Shown here: positions 51,800-63,858 of the stretch, in pieces
Numbering within the stretch: position 1 is the first letter of the stretch
Layout: each line of letters begins with the position of its first letter
Assembly (NCBI GenBank): GCA_951406725.2
Contig: OX597823.1
Location: 34,782,001-34,846,000, forward strand
Origin: Octopus vulgaris
Taxonomy: Eukaryota
Reading direction: 5' to 3'
DNA: 64,000 nucleotides
Translations under genes and position numbers: made by a program
The notes under the pieces: generated by a model
Told to the model about the DNA's origin: nothing
What the model saw: only the letters and a program-made list of their open reading frames with translations
Databases searched by the model: none

Positions 51800-51924
51800 C
51801 ATTTATGTAATAGTTGAGGTAAAAGCAGCAAATCAGAAACTGGACTAAGAAAAAGTCCCTTTGAAACACCAACATTAAACAGCCTTCCTAATTAAATTTT
51901 ATTTCAAATGTAACTTGTCAACTG

Positions 51925-52772
51925 TGCTGGTATGGTCATGTGTTGTGTGTGAATGAAGACAGCCTTGTGAAGAAGTATCACACCCTAACAGTGGAGAGAA
52001 CCTGTGGAAGCAGTAGACCCAGGAAAACATGGGATGAGGTGGTGAAGCACGACCTTCAAATGTTGGGCTTCACAGAGGCAATGACAAGCAACTGAGGCCT
52101 TTAGAGATATGCTCTGCTTGAAAGGACCCGGCAAGCCAAGTGAGATCGTAGCCATGACCGATGCCAGTGTTGCATAATTGGCCCATTTAAAAGTACCTTT
52201 CAATCATCAGGCAATCTGCCAAGCTTGTGAAGACTTGTTGAACCAAATTGTAGTTGTGGCCAATGCCGGTGCCACCTGACTGTGGCACGTGCTGGTGACA
52301 TGTAAAAAGCACCATTCAAGTAGGGCTAATGCCAGTGCCACCTGACTGGCACCAGTGCTGGTGGCACATAAAAGACATCATTTGAGCATGGTTGATGCCA
52401 GTGCCACCTGACTGGCTCCCATGCCAGTGGCATATAAAAAAACCACCATTTGAGCATGACCAGTGCCAGTGCTGCCTGCTTGGCACCTGTGCCAGTGGCA
52501 CATAGAAAGCACCATTCGAGTGTGGTTGATGCCAATGCTGCCTGACTGGCTCCCATGCCAGTGGCATGTAAAAAGCACCCACTACACTCTCGAAGTAGTT
52601 AGCATTAGGAAGGGCATCCAGCTGTAGAAACCTTGCTAGATCAGATTGGAGCCTGGTGCAGCCTGTTGCAGCCTCCTGGCTTGCCAATCATCAGTCAGAC
52701 CATCCAACCCATGCCAACATGGAAAATGGATGTTAAACGACGATAATGATGATGATGATGATGATGATGATG
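51925..52772 (+). mobile_element. RTE LINE 3' end with ~65-bp tandem repeats in the 3' UTR and a GAT tail
   Basis: GHV...RPRKTWDEVVKHDL-like ORF end and repeated gccagtggca...aaaagcacc units at 52300-52580. Confidence 0.85.
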
Positions 52773-53266
52773 AAAGTTGTAAATTTTAAACAATCTTTAA
52801 TTTTTAACAAATGCTTCGAGAAATTTGCCAAACTAGAAACACTATCAATATAACCCTTGGTAAACTGTGTGGAGTAAGGTGTAGAGGTGTTGAGGTATGT
52901 GGAGTTGCATTGCATATGTCAGAAAATATGACTTCTTTTCTGTATCAGCAAAGAGATGTGAAATTTTCAAAGGTAAAGCTTTTAGTCCTTCTGATATCAA
53001 CCTGTCTGAGATTGTGGCTAGTTCTCTAATATGATACAAATTTCCTGTTTTAAAATGATCTAAATAAAAACCTATCAAAATTTCATGTTGATTTATGTTC
53101 CAAACACTAGAATATAATAACAAGGTTGTTTTAGTAAATTCTTCATTATTTTCAAAGTTAATTGAAATAACTTTAGATGAGTTGTAGTGCACCTTGAGCA
53201 CTGTACACAATGTTTTATTATTATTATTTTTAAACACAGTATATTTGAACAGAAATATGGTAATGA

Positions 53267-53492
53267 GGAAAGCAACAAGCTGGCAGAAACGTTAGCACGC
53301 CGGGTGAAATGCTTAGTGGTATTTCATCTGCTGCTACGTTCTGAATTCAAATTCCGTCGAAGTCGACTTTGCCTTTCATCCTTTCGGGGTCGATAAATTA
53401 AGTGCCAGTTACGGGGTCGATGTAATCGACTTAATTCCTTTGTCTGTCTTTGTCCTCTCTATGTTTAGCCCCTTATGGGCAATAAAGAAATA
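53267..53492 (+). mobile_element. SINE family B, full length, with a 16-bp TSD
   Basis: agaaatatggtaatga at 53251-53266 and 53493-53508. Confidence 0.9.
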
Positions 53493-55243
53493 AGAAATAT
53501 GGTAATGAAAGAGTTAACCCTTTTCTTAAAATCTTTGCAGAATAACTGTAAAAAAATATCTACAGAGTCATATTTATAGCTATTTATCTGCCCTGTGTGA
53601 TTACAGCATGGAGCTTGGAATAAAGATCTGTAGTCAGGATTTGAAATCAGATCTCTGAATATTCAGTCAGACATCGTGACCAAACCACATTTCCCATGAT
53701 TGGTCTATTAAACAACCAATCAGTGTTAAGCCATCGTATGATAGAATTTTCTAGAATCTTGTTGTCCCCTATAAAAGGGTCACTCTTGGCAGTAATTGAT
53801 TGCAGAATACTAAGGCAGCTGAACAATATGTCTCCATTCTTGTCACACAAGAGCATGCATTTCAACCAGCCAGATGACACAGGAAGACAGATGGCGCAGA
53901 TAGATGACATGGACCTCAATCACCACAAATATAGCACCATTGTTTCCAGTTATGTTGGACAAGGCACGTGTTGCCATATTAATAGCACGCCATAAACTCC
54001 AAGCAATATATCTTTCACAGTATGTAATTATTGCTGTTGTTATTTGTAAAAGGTCAATGCGATTGCTTTTTATGTGCAGTAATAAAATCTATTAAATGTT
54101 CATGGGTATTGTTTAGTTATTTCTAAATGCAACCCAAGAAACATATTTTCATTCATCAACTCAACCTGTCACCACCACTTCCAGCCCAACAGGTTGCGAC
54201 AGAAGAAAACAACAAACTTCGCTTTTCTTATCCATACTACACTGAGATTAACTCTGGGTCAACCTTGGCCTATGATCGAAGATATTCCAGATATGACCAT
54301 CCTGTCTTTTTGTCAGTATAGTGTATATAGGACCTCATTCCACTATGTGACTTTTTAAGACAATGAGGTATGATTGGAGCGAGATTTGGCTACTATTTCT
54401 AAAACGTAGAGTGACCATATACAAGCTTTCTCATTGCGTCTCTTATGGTGCTTTACAAATGAAGAGAGAGAGTGAAAAAAGAGTGAGAGAGAGAGTGGAA
54501 GAGAGTGACAGAGAAAGAGAGAAAGAGAAAGACAGAGAATGAGAGATTTGATCAAGGTAGATAATATATTCCATATTTTCCTTGGTGTTGTCTCCCTTAG
54601 TGGAAACAATTCTGCGATGGTAGCATTTCGTTCCTGGGTCAACTATAATGGGACAAACCTATGATCAAAAGCATGTCAACCGTGACCATTATGTCTTTTG
54701 ACATAGAATACCTAGGGACATTCCAATACAAGAGCATCGAAAATTATCTAGTGCCCTCAAAACTGTATGTTTTAAGCACCGTTGACTACGAAACTGTAGT
54801 TTGGGGGAATGGGAGAGAGGAAACAGGATTTGTCCCCTCCGGTCCGTAATTTTTCGGTTTAGATTTTCTCTTGAATTTTTTTTTCTTTTTTTTTTTTCAG
54901 ATTGCTTTAAGTATTTGATATTAGTCTTCAAAATTATGCGTATTATAAACCCGAAAATTTACGGAAGGGGGAAACGGGCTCCGCCACCAGCCACTTTCTT
55001 TCAGATTCCTATTCCACGATGCTTAAAACATACAGAGATGAGGAAATTACGGATTTTGGTACACTAGATAATTTCTGACTCTATTTTATAGGAATACGTT
55101 ATCCCTAGTTTTAGATAACAGGTAATAATATCAGGGAGATTTGATCACTCTTTTTTGCACGGATTGTCTTGGTCGGTTCCAAATCATGCAGTTTCAAAAT
55201 GTGACTAGCCTCGATGGCTACGACACACTGGATGGTGGTATGG

Positions 55244-55313
<70 letters not shown>

Positions 55314-55379
55314 GGTGGTGGTGACGACGACGACAACGACGACTGTGGCATTATCTCCACTCAGTAATCTCTATCCTTT

Positions 55380-55530
55380 TGTTACCCATTTTGTGTCCAT
55401 ACTCAGCAGTCCCCACCCAAACTATTCCCAGGTCTGCTTCCTCAGCATATTATCCCTCTGGAATTCCCTTCCCTGTCCCAATTAATTTGCTGCAATTCAA
55501 AAGTAACATTAAGATGGTCGATCTTATTAA
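55380..55530 (+). pseudogene. CR1/L2-like LINE 3' end
   Basis: SLWNSLP...PINLLQFKSNI. Confidence 0.55.
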
Positions 55531-56111
55531 TCTCGGTCGGAAGATCTGCATTAGCCATTGGCATAGCTCTTTCTGCCAGACCGAAGCAATAAAAAAAAAT
55601 GCCAGTCAAGTACTGAATAACCAAATTACTATATACAGAGCCTATAAGAGCCCTCTCTTACAGCTGGTACTAGCTGTATGGCCTCTCCCCAAAAAGTTGG
55701 GTGAGTGAGAGACAACCCAGCTTCTCCCGAGCCCGAAAGCATTCTGATTCCACATTGACACATTTCTCTTGGAGATCTTGATTATATTCACCCCGATAAA
55801 GTGGCGAATAAATATTTGTGGTAGTTGTTTAACTTCTGAGTTTAAACTCTGGTTGTCAATTTGTGTTAAGATTGATTTATAGACTGTTCCTTCTAATAAA
55901 AAAATATCTGTTGCTTTGTTCGTTCTGATGTCAGAAATCACACACACACACACACCTGCTTGTTGTTTATACACCTGTCTTTGTCTTTTGTTTTTCTGTA
56001 AATTTCAACTATATATAACCGCCTCAAGCTAGCTATTTGACACACAATCTGCGTCCATTATAAACCTTCGAACAGGGACAGTCAGTAGCGACACCTGCTG
56101 GGTCTGACTAC

Positions 56112-56154
56112 GCTGCATTGATAAAGGGCAAATACCCTGAAACATGTCTGCAGC
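56112..56154 (+). ncRNA. Decayed hammerhead motif
   Basis: gctgca-TTGATAA-aggg-caaata-ccct-GAAA-cat-GTC-tgcagc: 6-bp stem I intact, two core substitutions. Confidence 0.6.
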
Positions 56155-56193
56155 TGTCTGACTGGCAGGAAGATTTAGTAATTTTAATATTTC

Positions 56194-56265
<72 letters not shown>

Positions 56266-56269
<4 letters not shown>

Positions 56270-56561
56270 CTGACGTGTGTGACCTTATAGGATTGTACAT
56301 CCCGGATACCCTTAGGAAAAAGTTCTCCTCTGTTCTCATTTATCTCTACGGGGATGACGCCGTGGCCATCTCTAGTGGAGCAAGCGGCCACACACTAGAT
56401 AGGCTTAGGAAGGGCTGGGATTGAAGATCACCATACAGCAGACTTCTTAGATGTCATGCTGGACTTGGATTCCGGTACCTAAAGCCCTACTGCAAACCAA
56501 ACGAGAAGCTAACATACATCAACACAGCCTCATGCCACCTACCCATCATATTCAAGAACCT
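56266..56561 (+). pseudogene. Penelope-like (Naiad-type) RT fragment
   Basis: ADVCDLIGLYI, LYGDDA, LDRLRK, GLKITI, DFLDVMLDL and KPYCKPN...YINTASCH, read across frameshifts. Confidence 0.75.
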
Positions 56562-57110
56562 TGTAAGAATTAGCACTTCCTCCTCTAAGCCTAGATTCGA
56601 AATCGAATCCAAGAATTCTCGGTCGTCCAAACCACGACGATCAACAGGCGTGAAAAAAAGGTTTCCTTTGTTGTCAAAAATTGATTGATCATCTCCCTTT
56701 GACCTGCGACCTCAGCCATGTCAGGCGAGGTTCAACTGGACAAGCGCTGACCTACTTAGATAGTAACTCTGTTGCAGTATGTCTATCTTTCTAGCTGTCT
56801 CAAATATTATAAATACAACGGGGAAAACAGAAAACACAATCACAGCGAAGACGGCAGCAGACAGATCTATCTCGCCCCGCGTTTTGGAAACGACAGAGAA
56901 ATACCTACAGTATCTATCGACTACTGTTTCGAATGATTCACGCACACACGCACACACCCAAACATATTCATCTTTAATATGTGTTCTATACAAGCAATTC
57001 GTAGCAATTGCTTACATTTGTATGTAGTGTACTTATAACCCTGTAAATAAATCCCTTTTTAATCATGAAACAATTTATGTATTTATTTACATACACACAC
57101 ATCCACTACA
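56562..57110 (+). repeat. 5' LTR, 549 bp
   Basis: TGTA...TACA termini, AATAAA near 57046, and the first 245 bp repeated at 61761. Confidence 0.93.
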
Positions 57111-57112
57111 TT

Positions 57113-57123
57113 TGGTGACCCCG
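57113..57123 (+). promoter_or_regulatory. Primer binding site, probably tRNA-Trp
   Basis: TGGTGACCCCG starts 2 nt after the LTR and is complementary to the CGGGGUCACCA 3' end of metazoan tRNA-Trp. Confidence 0.8.
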
Positions 57124-57229
57124 TCAAAAGAATTGCGCCTTCCCCGGAAACAGCTTCATCAACCGCGTCGAAGAATTACAGTTTGCACATCACCCGGCAA
57201 CGAAACACCTGAGAATTCCGACGAACACA

Positions 57230-58081
57230 ATGGCCCTCACGGAACAGAATCCAGCGGCCAACATCATACCTCCGATCGACATAGCATTCCAAGCGGCGAT
57301 TTCTTTGAAAATTCCACCATTCTGGACCCACGACCCTGCATTATGGTTTTACCATACAGAGGCACAGTTTTCCTCTCACCGAATACTGAGCGATGCCTCT
57401 CGACTTTCGCACGTTATCGGTTCTCTGTCACCAGAAATCACAAACGTGGTCCGTGATCTTATGGCACCACCCGGTTCTGTGTCGTACTACACTTTTAAAA
57501 CCACGCTGATAAACAGAACCTCTGAATCGCAACAGAAACGACTTCACCAGCTTCTGATATCGGAAGAATTGGGTGACAAAACGCCGTCCCAGCTTCTTCG
57601 TAGAATGAAGCAGCTTCTCGGAGATGAGAGCCTCCCGGAAAAAATTTTCAAGCAGCTTTTGCTCCAGCGTCTGCCCTCCAATACCCAGGTTGTTCTCGCT
57701 TCTACTAGAGAAAATACATCCATTAAAGAACTGGCGGAGCTAGCAGACAAAATAGCCGAGGTACCACACAAATATCCAACGGTATCGACGGTGACGCCAG
57801 CCGCTCCCAGTACCAATCCTTTCCGTGCACAAACCAGTTTTTCCGAGATTTCGGACTTGCGTGCATTAATGATGCAGCAAGCTGCTCAAATTCAGACCCT
57901 CACCACCCAAATACAGGCCCTATCGCGACGAGATGGCAGACGGTCCCGAAGCCCCAGTGCTACCCGCAACTCACATGACACGTGTTGGTACCACCGAACA
58001 TTCGGAACACGGGCACAAAAATGTACGGTACCATGCTCGTTTTCCTCATCCAGCTCGGGAAACGGCACAGCCAGGAATTGA
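57230..58081 (+). CDS. gag: Gag protein, 283 aa, intact
   Basis: [14 protein letters not shown]...[25 protein letters not shown] and a C-terminal CWYH-x9-C-x3-C knuckle. Confidence 0.9.
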   Translation: MALTEQNPAANIIPPIDIAFQAAISLKIPPFWTHDPALWFYHTEAQFSSHRILSDASRLSHVIGSLSPEITNVVRDLMAPPGSVSYYTFKTTLINRTSESQQKRLHQLLISEELGDKTPSQLLRRMKQLLGDESLPEKIFKQLLLQRLPSNTQVVLASTRENTSIKELAELADKIAEVPHKYPTVSTVTPAAPSTNPFRAQTSFSEISDLRALMMQQAAQIQTLTTQIQALSRRDGRRSRSPSATRNSHDTCWYHRTFGTRAQKCTVPCSFSSSSSGNGTARN

Positions 58082-58119
58082 ACGCGACGGAAGTTCCTGG
58101 CTCGCATCCACACAGTCGC
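58057..58119 (+). promoter_or_regulatory. -1 ribosomal frameshift signal (slippery heptamer plus predicted pseudoknot)
   Basis: G GGA AAC in the gag frame; stems 58069-58078/58093-58102 and 58084-58088/58115-58119. Confidence 0.75.
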
Positions 58120-61050
58120 CTGTTTTTCGTTTGCGATCGGGTAACAGGCACGCGTTTCCTGGTTGACACCGGTGCGGAAGTCACCATCATCCCTGTCTCC
58201 AACACTTCTGGAAAAAGAAAAGAGACACCAGTCTGTCTTCAGGCAGTCAACCATTCACCCATCCCAACCTACGGTGAACAGTCCCTAACATTGAACTTAG
58301 GACTACGCCACACATTTCAGTGGGTATTCGTCATCGCTAAACTGCCGACCCCTATTTTAGGAGCCGATTTCCTGCATCATTTCGGTCTCCTGGTAGACAT
58401 TAAGAACAGACGACTTGTCGACAGCACCACCAAGCTTACTGTGCGCGGTATAGCCGCTCATATGGCCACAGTCAGCCCAACTATATTGCTTACAACAATG
58501 ACTCATCACAGTTCCATCCTGAAGGAATATCCGGACGTCGCTCGACCAGTATTCCACAACCAGCCGATCAAACACGACGTTACCCACCACATCAAAACCA
58601 ACGGTCCACCTGTTGCTGCAAGGCCCAGAAGGTTACCACCTGATCGTCTCCAGGCCGTCAAGCGGGAATTCCAGCACATGCTCGACCTCGGAATCATCCG
58701 CCCTTCCAGCAGCAACTGGTCCTCGCCGATACACTGCGTCCCAAAAAAATCATCGACCGATTGGCGGGTTTGCGGTGATTATCGATCGCTGAATAAAAGC
58801 ACTATTAGTGATGCCTATCCGGTGCCCTTTCTTCAAGACTTTTCGAGCTCGCTGCATGGAGCTCGCATCTTTTCCAAAATCGACCTTGTGCGAGCATACA
58901 ACCAAATCCCAGTGGAACCTGCGGACATTCCGAAGACAGCGGTTGCTACACCTTTCGGAATGTTTGAATTCCTGCGTATGCTTTTCGGTTTACGCAACGC
59001 GGCACAGACATTCCAAAGGTTTATCGACATGGTGACTAGAAGTTTGCTTTTCGTCTATGCCTACATAGACGACATTCTCGTGGCCAGTAACTCGGACGAA
59101 GAACATAACCAACACCTTCACCTGCTATTCGAACGCCTTCGTAAATTCGGTGTTGTTATCAATCCTAGTAAATGTTTGTTCGGAGTTGCTTCTCTTCATT
59201 TTCTAGGCCACATCGTCGATAAGGATGGAATTCGCCCCCTTCTCTAGAAGGTCAAGGCCATCGTGGATTTTCCACCACCCACATCTCTCCGCAAATTAAG
59301 GGAATATCTCGGTCTAGCGAATTTCTATCGACGGTTCGTACCCCACCTCGCTGAGATAGCGCAACCGCTCACGGATTTGCTACGTCAGCGAACTTGCAAA
59401 AATGCAGATATAGCTCTGACCGAAGATCAACTCGCTTCTTTCGCTGCCCTGAAAAAAGCGTTATCTAACGCTACCATGTTGGTTTATTCAAAACCAGACG
59501 CCCCACGATGTTTACTCGTTGATGCATCCGTTTCCGGAGTTGGAGGTGTACTACAGCATCTTGTTGACGGTATATGGCAACCGTTGTCTTTCTTTTCTAA
59601 GCGGTTAAAACCCGCGGAAACCAAATACAGCACATTCAGTCGGGAATTATTAGCGGCATACCTGGCCGTTAAGCATTTCCGTCACATGCTAGAAGGTACC
59701 AATTTTGCCATATACACCGACCACAAGCCGTTGGTATATGCATTTAACGCCAAGCCGGATCGCCACTCGCTGAGAGAAATCCGCCACCTCGTCTTCATAT
59801 CGCAGTACACGACGGATATACGCCACATCAAAGGGACGACCAACTTAGCAGCCGATGCACTTTCACGCACGCAAATCAATGCTATCCACACCACGTCTAC
59901 AATTGATCTAGCACGTATAGCAGCTGACCAGGAGAATGACGAAGAACTTCTAAAGCTCCGGAATTCGTCATCTCTGAAATTTCAGCATGTTCCGCTACCA
60001 TCATCTACGGCCCATATTTGATGTGATATCTCCACTGGTTACCAACGCAGAAACATCGTCGAGAAGTTTTCTCCGCTCTGCATTCTCTGTCACATCCTGG
60101 TATTCGCTCTACTCAAAAGCTGATATCGACCCGTTTCGTGTGGACCAGTATCAACAAGGATATCAGAGAATGGACCAAGTGCTGTGTTGCGTGCCAAAAA
60201 GCGAAAATCCACCGGCACATAAAATCACCAATCGATTCATTTTCGCAACCCGACGCACGATTTCAGCACGTTCACATTGATATCGTCGGACCCCTGCCAC
60301 CTTCGCAAAACTATACATATTTGCTTACCTGCGTAGATCGTTTTTCGCGATGGCCCGAAGCCTGGACCTTATCTGATATATCAGCAGAAACGGTCGCCAA
60401 AATGTTGATATCACAATGGGTTTCGCGTTTTGGCACACCCGCAACAATCACCACCGACAGAGGACGTCAGTTCGATTCCCACCTTTTAACTGAGCTGACT
60501 CGTCTCCTCGGGTGTAAACACACCCGCACTACGGCTTACCACCCTGCAGCAAATGGCATGGTCGAACGCTTTCACCGCCAACTCAAGGCATCTATCAAAG
60601 CAGCTCCAGACAGTTCTTACTGGTTGGAACATCTCCCTTTCATCCTCCTTGGAATTCGATCCACGGTTAAGGAAGAACTGGGATATACTCCGGCTGAACT
60701 CGTTTATGGCACAGCACTCACCTTACCTGGGCAGATGATCGAACCTGTTTCACAAGACTTTCCTGACCCACAACAATATGTGCACCGATTACGGACATCC
60801 ATGTCGCAGTTATCACCTTCAGGCCCCAGATAACAGAACGTCGTTTCACGTGTCCCAAAAGATATCAACACCTGGACTCATGTCTTCGTGAGGAATGATG
60901 GGATACCATCTCAACTTCGGCCACCATATTCCGGGCCCTACAAGGTTATCAAAAGAGAAACCCAAGTATTTCGTCTTCGATATTGGAGGTAAACGAAATA
61001 CGGTCTCGATTGATCGTTTAAAAAAAGCCTTCATCGAGGAGGACTTACAT
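58063..61050 (+). pseudogene. pol: Pol (protease, RT, RNase H, integrase) with premature stops and frameshifts
   Basis: LVDTGA, YIDD, DAS...RELLA...TDHKPL...ADALSR, HHCC, HIDIVGP...TDRG...ERFHR and PYSGPY. Stops at 59245, 60019 and 60831. Confidence 0.95.
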
Positions 61051-61747
61051 TCAGTTCCCTCCTTTCCTCGAACAGACTCAACAACTCCAGCAAACACCAC
61101 AGATTCTGCACAACCCCGACACACCAAATCGTTTTTCGGGTAAGTTCCGAACTCTTAACTTATCCATCTTCCTAAATGAAATGCATACATCAACACATAA
61201 CTGCATCACCCACATACAAACCCAAAGAAATCAAAGAACATTCGTGTACATAAAGAAAAAAAAATGAAAACAAAAACGTGTTCCACATCAACGAAAAACT
61301 GTCTGTAAGAACATTTATGGAACATTTCACAATCGAACTTTGCCGATGAACATTTCTTTCATTTTTGCATGTACATATGTTTTGTTTTCTCTTTAAAATG
61401 TTTTGCCTTCTTGTATATATTTTTTGCTACCTGTATGTTCACACACATTTACAAGTCATATTCTCATGTGTGCTACCACTCGATCTTTTTCGCCACTGAA
61501 AGACACCTTGCCTCTATTAGACCTCTAGTGGGTCGAGTAATCAATAGACGCACATCTCTTTCAACGCGCCAACATATTTCTGCCTGGGCACATATACATA
61601 TTGCCCACCATATAGCACACATAAACAGTAAACCTTTGCTTCATATTTTTATTGTTCATTTGTCTGTTACAATATGTAAATTCTTTCTGCATATACACAA
61701 AAAAAAATAACATTCCAATATCGTTCGATCTCTGTGGCTTTCTCACT

Positions 61748-61760
61748 AGAAGGTGGGTAG
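61748..61760 (+). promoter_or_regulatory. Polypurine tract
   Basis: agaaggtgggtag lies immediately before the 3' LTR TGT. Confidence 0.75.
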
Positions 61761-62007
61761 TGTAAGAATTAGCACTTCCTTCTCTAAGCCTAGATTCGAA
61801 ATCGAATCCAAGAATTCTCGGTCGTCCAAACCACGACGATCAACAGGCGCGAAAAAAAGGTTTCCTTTGTTCTGTCAAAAATTGATTGATCATCTCCCTT
61901 TGACCTGCGACCTCGACCATGTCAGGCGAAGTTCAACTGGACAAGCGCTGACCTACTTAGATAGTAACTCTGTTGCAGTATGTCTATCTTTCTAGCTATC
62001 TCAAATA
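61761..62007 (+). repeat. 3' LTR, interrupted by a Helitron
   Basis: Matches 56562-56806 with about six substitutions and one 2-nt indel by eye. Confidence 0.93.
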
Positions 62008-62572
62008 TCTATATATATAAAACTCTAGTTGTGTGAGTGTCTGTCCCCTTCGATTTAGATTCCTAACTACTCCCACATTTTGCGGTGCAGTTTAACCAAA
62101 TTCGGGTATCTTATAGTCGTGATTCATATCGAGCCCGTCTGGGTATTAGCGCGCGTCTACGATGAGTCTACGATTTTAAAAATAATTTAACATCATTTCT
62201 TATTCCATTTTAATGCATAATTTTTCGTGTGTCGATGGCGGCGGAGTTGGCGTCCATGGTCACACCTGCACCTGTGTTGCTTCTCCCCCTTCTTCCCTCA
62301 CTCGTGAAGCTGTGGGGAAGGGAGTGTAAGGAAATCAACGTCGTAAAGCGTTGTCAAGGAGACCAGCGTTCTTTTAGAACAACGACTTCATGGCTTGAAG
62401 ACACCAAAACAGAAAATGTCTACGATGAGTCAACGATTTAAAAAAAAATTTACCATAATTTTTGTCCATTTTTAATGCATTTTTTCTTGCTATTTTTTGG
62501 CTATAACTCTCTAAAAATGCTTATATAGTTATTTCCCTTACAAACCCAAGCAACGCCGGGCGATACTGCTAG
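62008..62572 (+). mobile_element. Non-autonomous Helitron, copy 1
   Basis: 5'-TC after A, 3' GC hairpin (cccaagcaacgccggg), CTAG followed by T, and no TSD. Confidence 0.88.
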
Positions 62573-62575
62573 TCT

Positions 62576-63858
62576 TCTATATATATAAAAGTGAAGTTGT
62601 GTGAGTGTCTGTCTCTTACGATTTAGATTCCTAACTACTCCCACATTTTGCGGTGCAGTTTAACCAAATTCGGGTATCTTATAGTCGTGATTCATATCGA
62701 GCCCGTCTGGGTATTAGCGCGCGTCTACGATGAGTCTACGATTTTAAAAATAATTTAACATCATTTTTTTCCATTTCTTCCAATTTTTCGTGTGTCGATG
62801 GCGGCGGAGTTGCCGTCCATGCTCACACCTGCACCTGTGTGTTTCCCCTTCTTCCTCCCTCGTGAAGCTGTGGGGAAGGGAGTGTAAGGAAATCAACGTC
62901 GTAAAGCGTTGTCAAGGAGACCAGCGTTCTTTTAGAACAACGACTTCATGGCTTGAAGACACCAAAACAGAAATGGCTAAGAAAGCCCGAAAGCAAATTC
63001 TACAAAATCGGGAAACACGCCACACAGGGAAGGTTTCCCGTGCAAAGAATTTGCACAACCGAATGTTTTAGTTGTTGCACAACTTTTACTTAAAAATTAT
63101 TATCCAAATACAAACTTTTGAAGGCAATATTGTATGGCGATGGTACTTGTGAAATATGGTAATGGATTTAGTAGCCAAAAGGAGAGAGCAGAGGCATATT
63201 ATAGTGGTGGTGGAGGCGGTGGTAGTGGCAGCGGTGGTGCTGGTAGTGGTGATGGTGGTCGTGGTGGTTGTCGTGTTTGTGGTGGTGGTGGTGGTGGTAT
63301 TGTTGTTGTTGGTGGTGGTCGTCGTCGTCGTCGTGGTGATGATGGTGGTGGTGGTGGTGGTGATGATGGTCGTGGTGGTCTTCGTGATGTTGGTGGCGAT
63401 GGTGGTCGTCGTGTTTGTGGTGGTGGTGTTGTTGTTGTTGGTGGTGGTGGTGATGATGGTGGTGGTGGTGATGATGGTGGTGGTCGTGGTGGTCTTCGTG
63501 ATGGTGGTGGTGATGGTGGTGGTGGTGGTGGCTGAAGCTGTCGTCTGGGTTCTTCCAATTTTTTCGTGTGTCGGTGGCGGCGTTGGCGTTCATGCTCGCA
63601 CCTGCATCTGTGTAGCTCCTCCCCTTCTTCCCTCCCTCGTGAAGCTGTGTGGAAGGCAGGGTAGGGAAATCAACGTCGTAAAGCGTTGTCAAGGAGACCA
63701 GCGTTCTTTTAGAACAACGACTTCATGGCTTGAAGTCGCCAAAACAGAAATCGCTAAAAAAGCTGAAACAGATCCACAAAAACAGCAAAAACCGCCACAC
63801 AGGGCAGGTTTCCTGTGCAAACAATTTGCACAACCGAATGTTTTAGTTGTTGCACAAA
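62576..63858 (+). mobile_element. Helitron copy 2 with an internal duplication and (GGT)n expansion; 3' end not in the window
   Basis: tctatatatataaaa start; colinear with copy 1; internal block repeated at ~62780-63080 and ~63550-63857. Confidence 0.8.

Larger units (their letters stand above)
56562..62007 (+). mobile_element. Ty3/Gypsy LTR retrotransposon, near full length, inactivated
   Basis: LTR-PBS-gag-PR-RT-RH-IN-PPT-LTR order. Confidence 0.97.

Noticed and set aside
52300-52580. CRISPR-like repeat-spacer pattern
   Set aside because: The units are degenerate ~65-bp tandem repeats of the RTE 3' UTR with no unique spacers, in a eukaryotic context with no cas genes.
53647-53995. Overlapping 90-99 aa ORFs on both strands
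   Set aside because: No recognisable domain or exon boundaries.
59245-59247. Programmed readthrough of the in-frame TAG in pol
   Set aside because: It lies within the RT region, and further stops and frameshifts follow, so decay is the simpler explanation.
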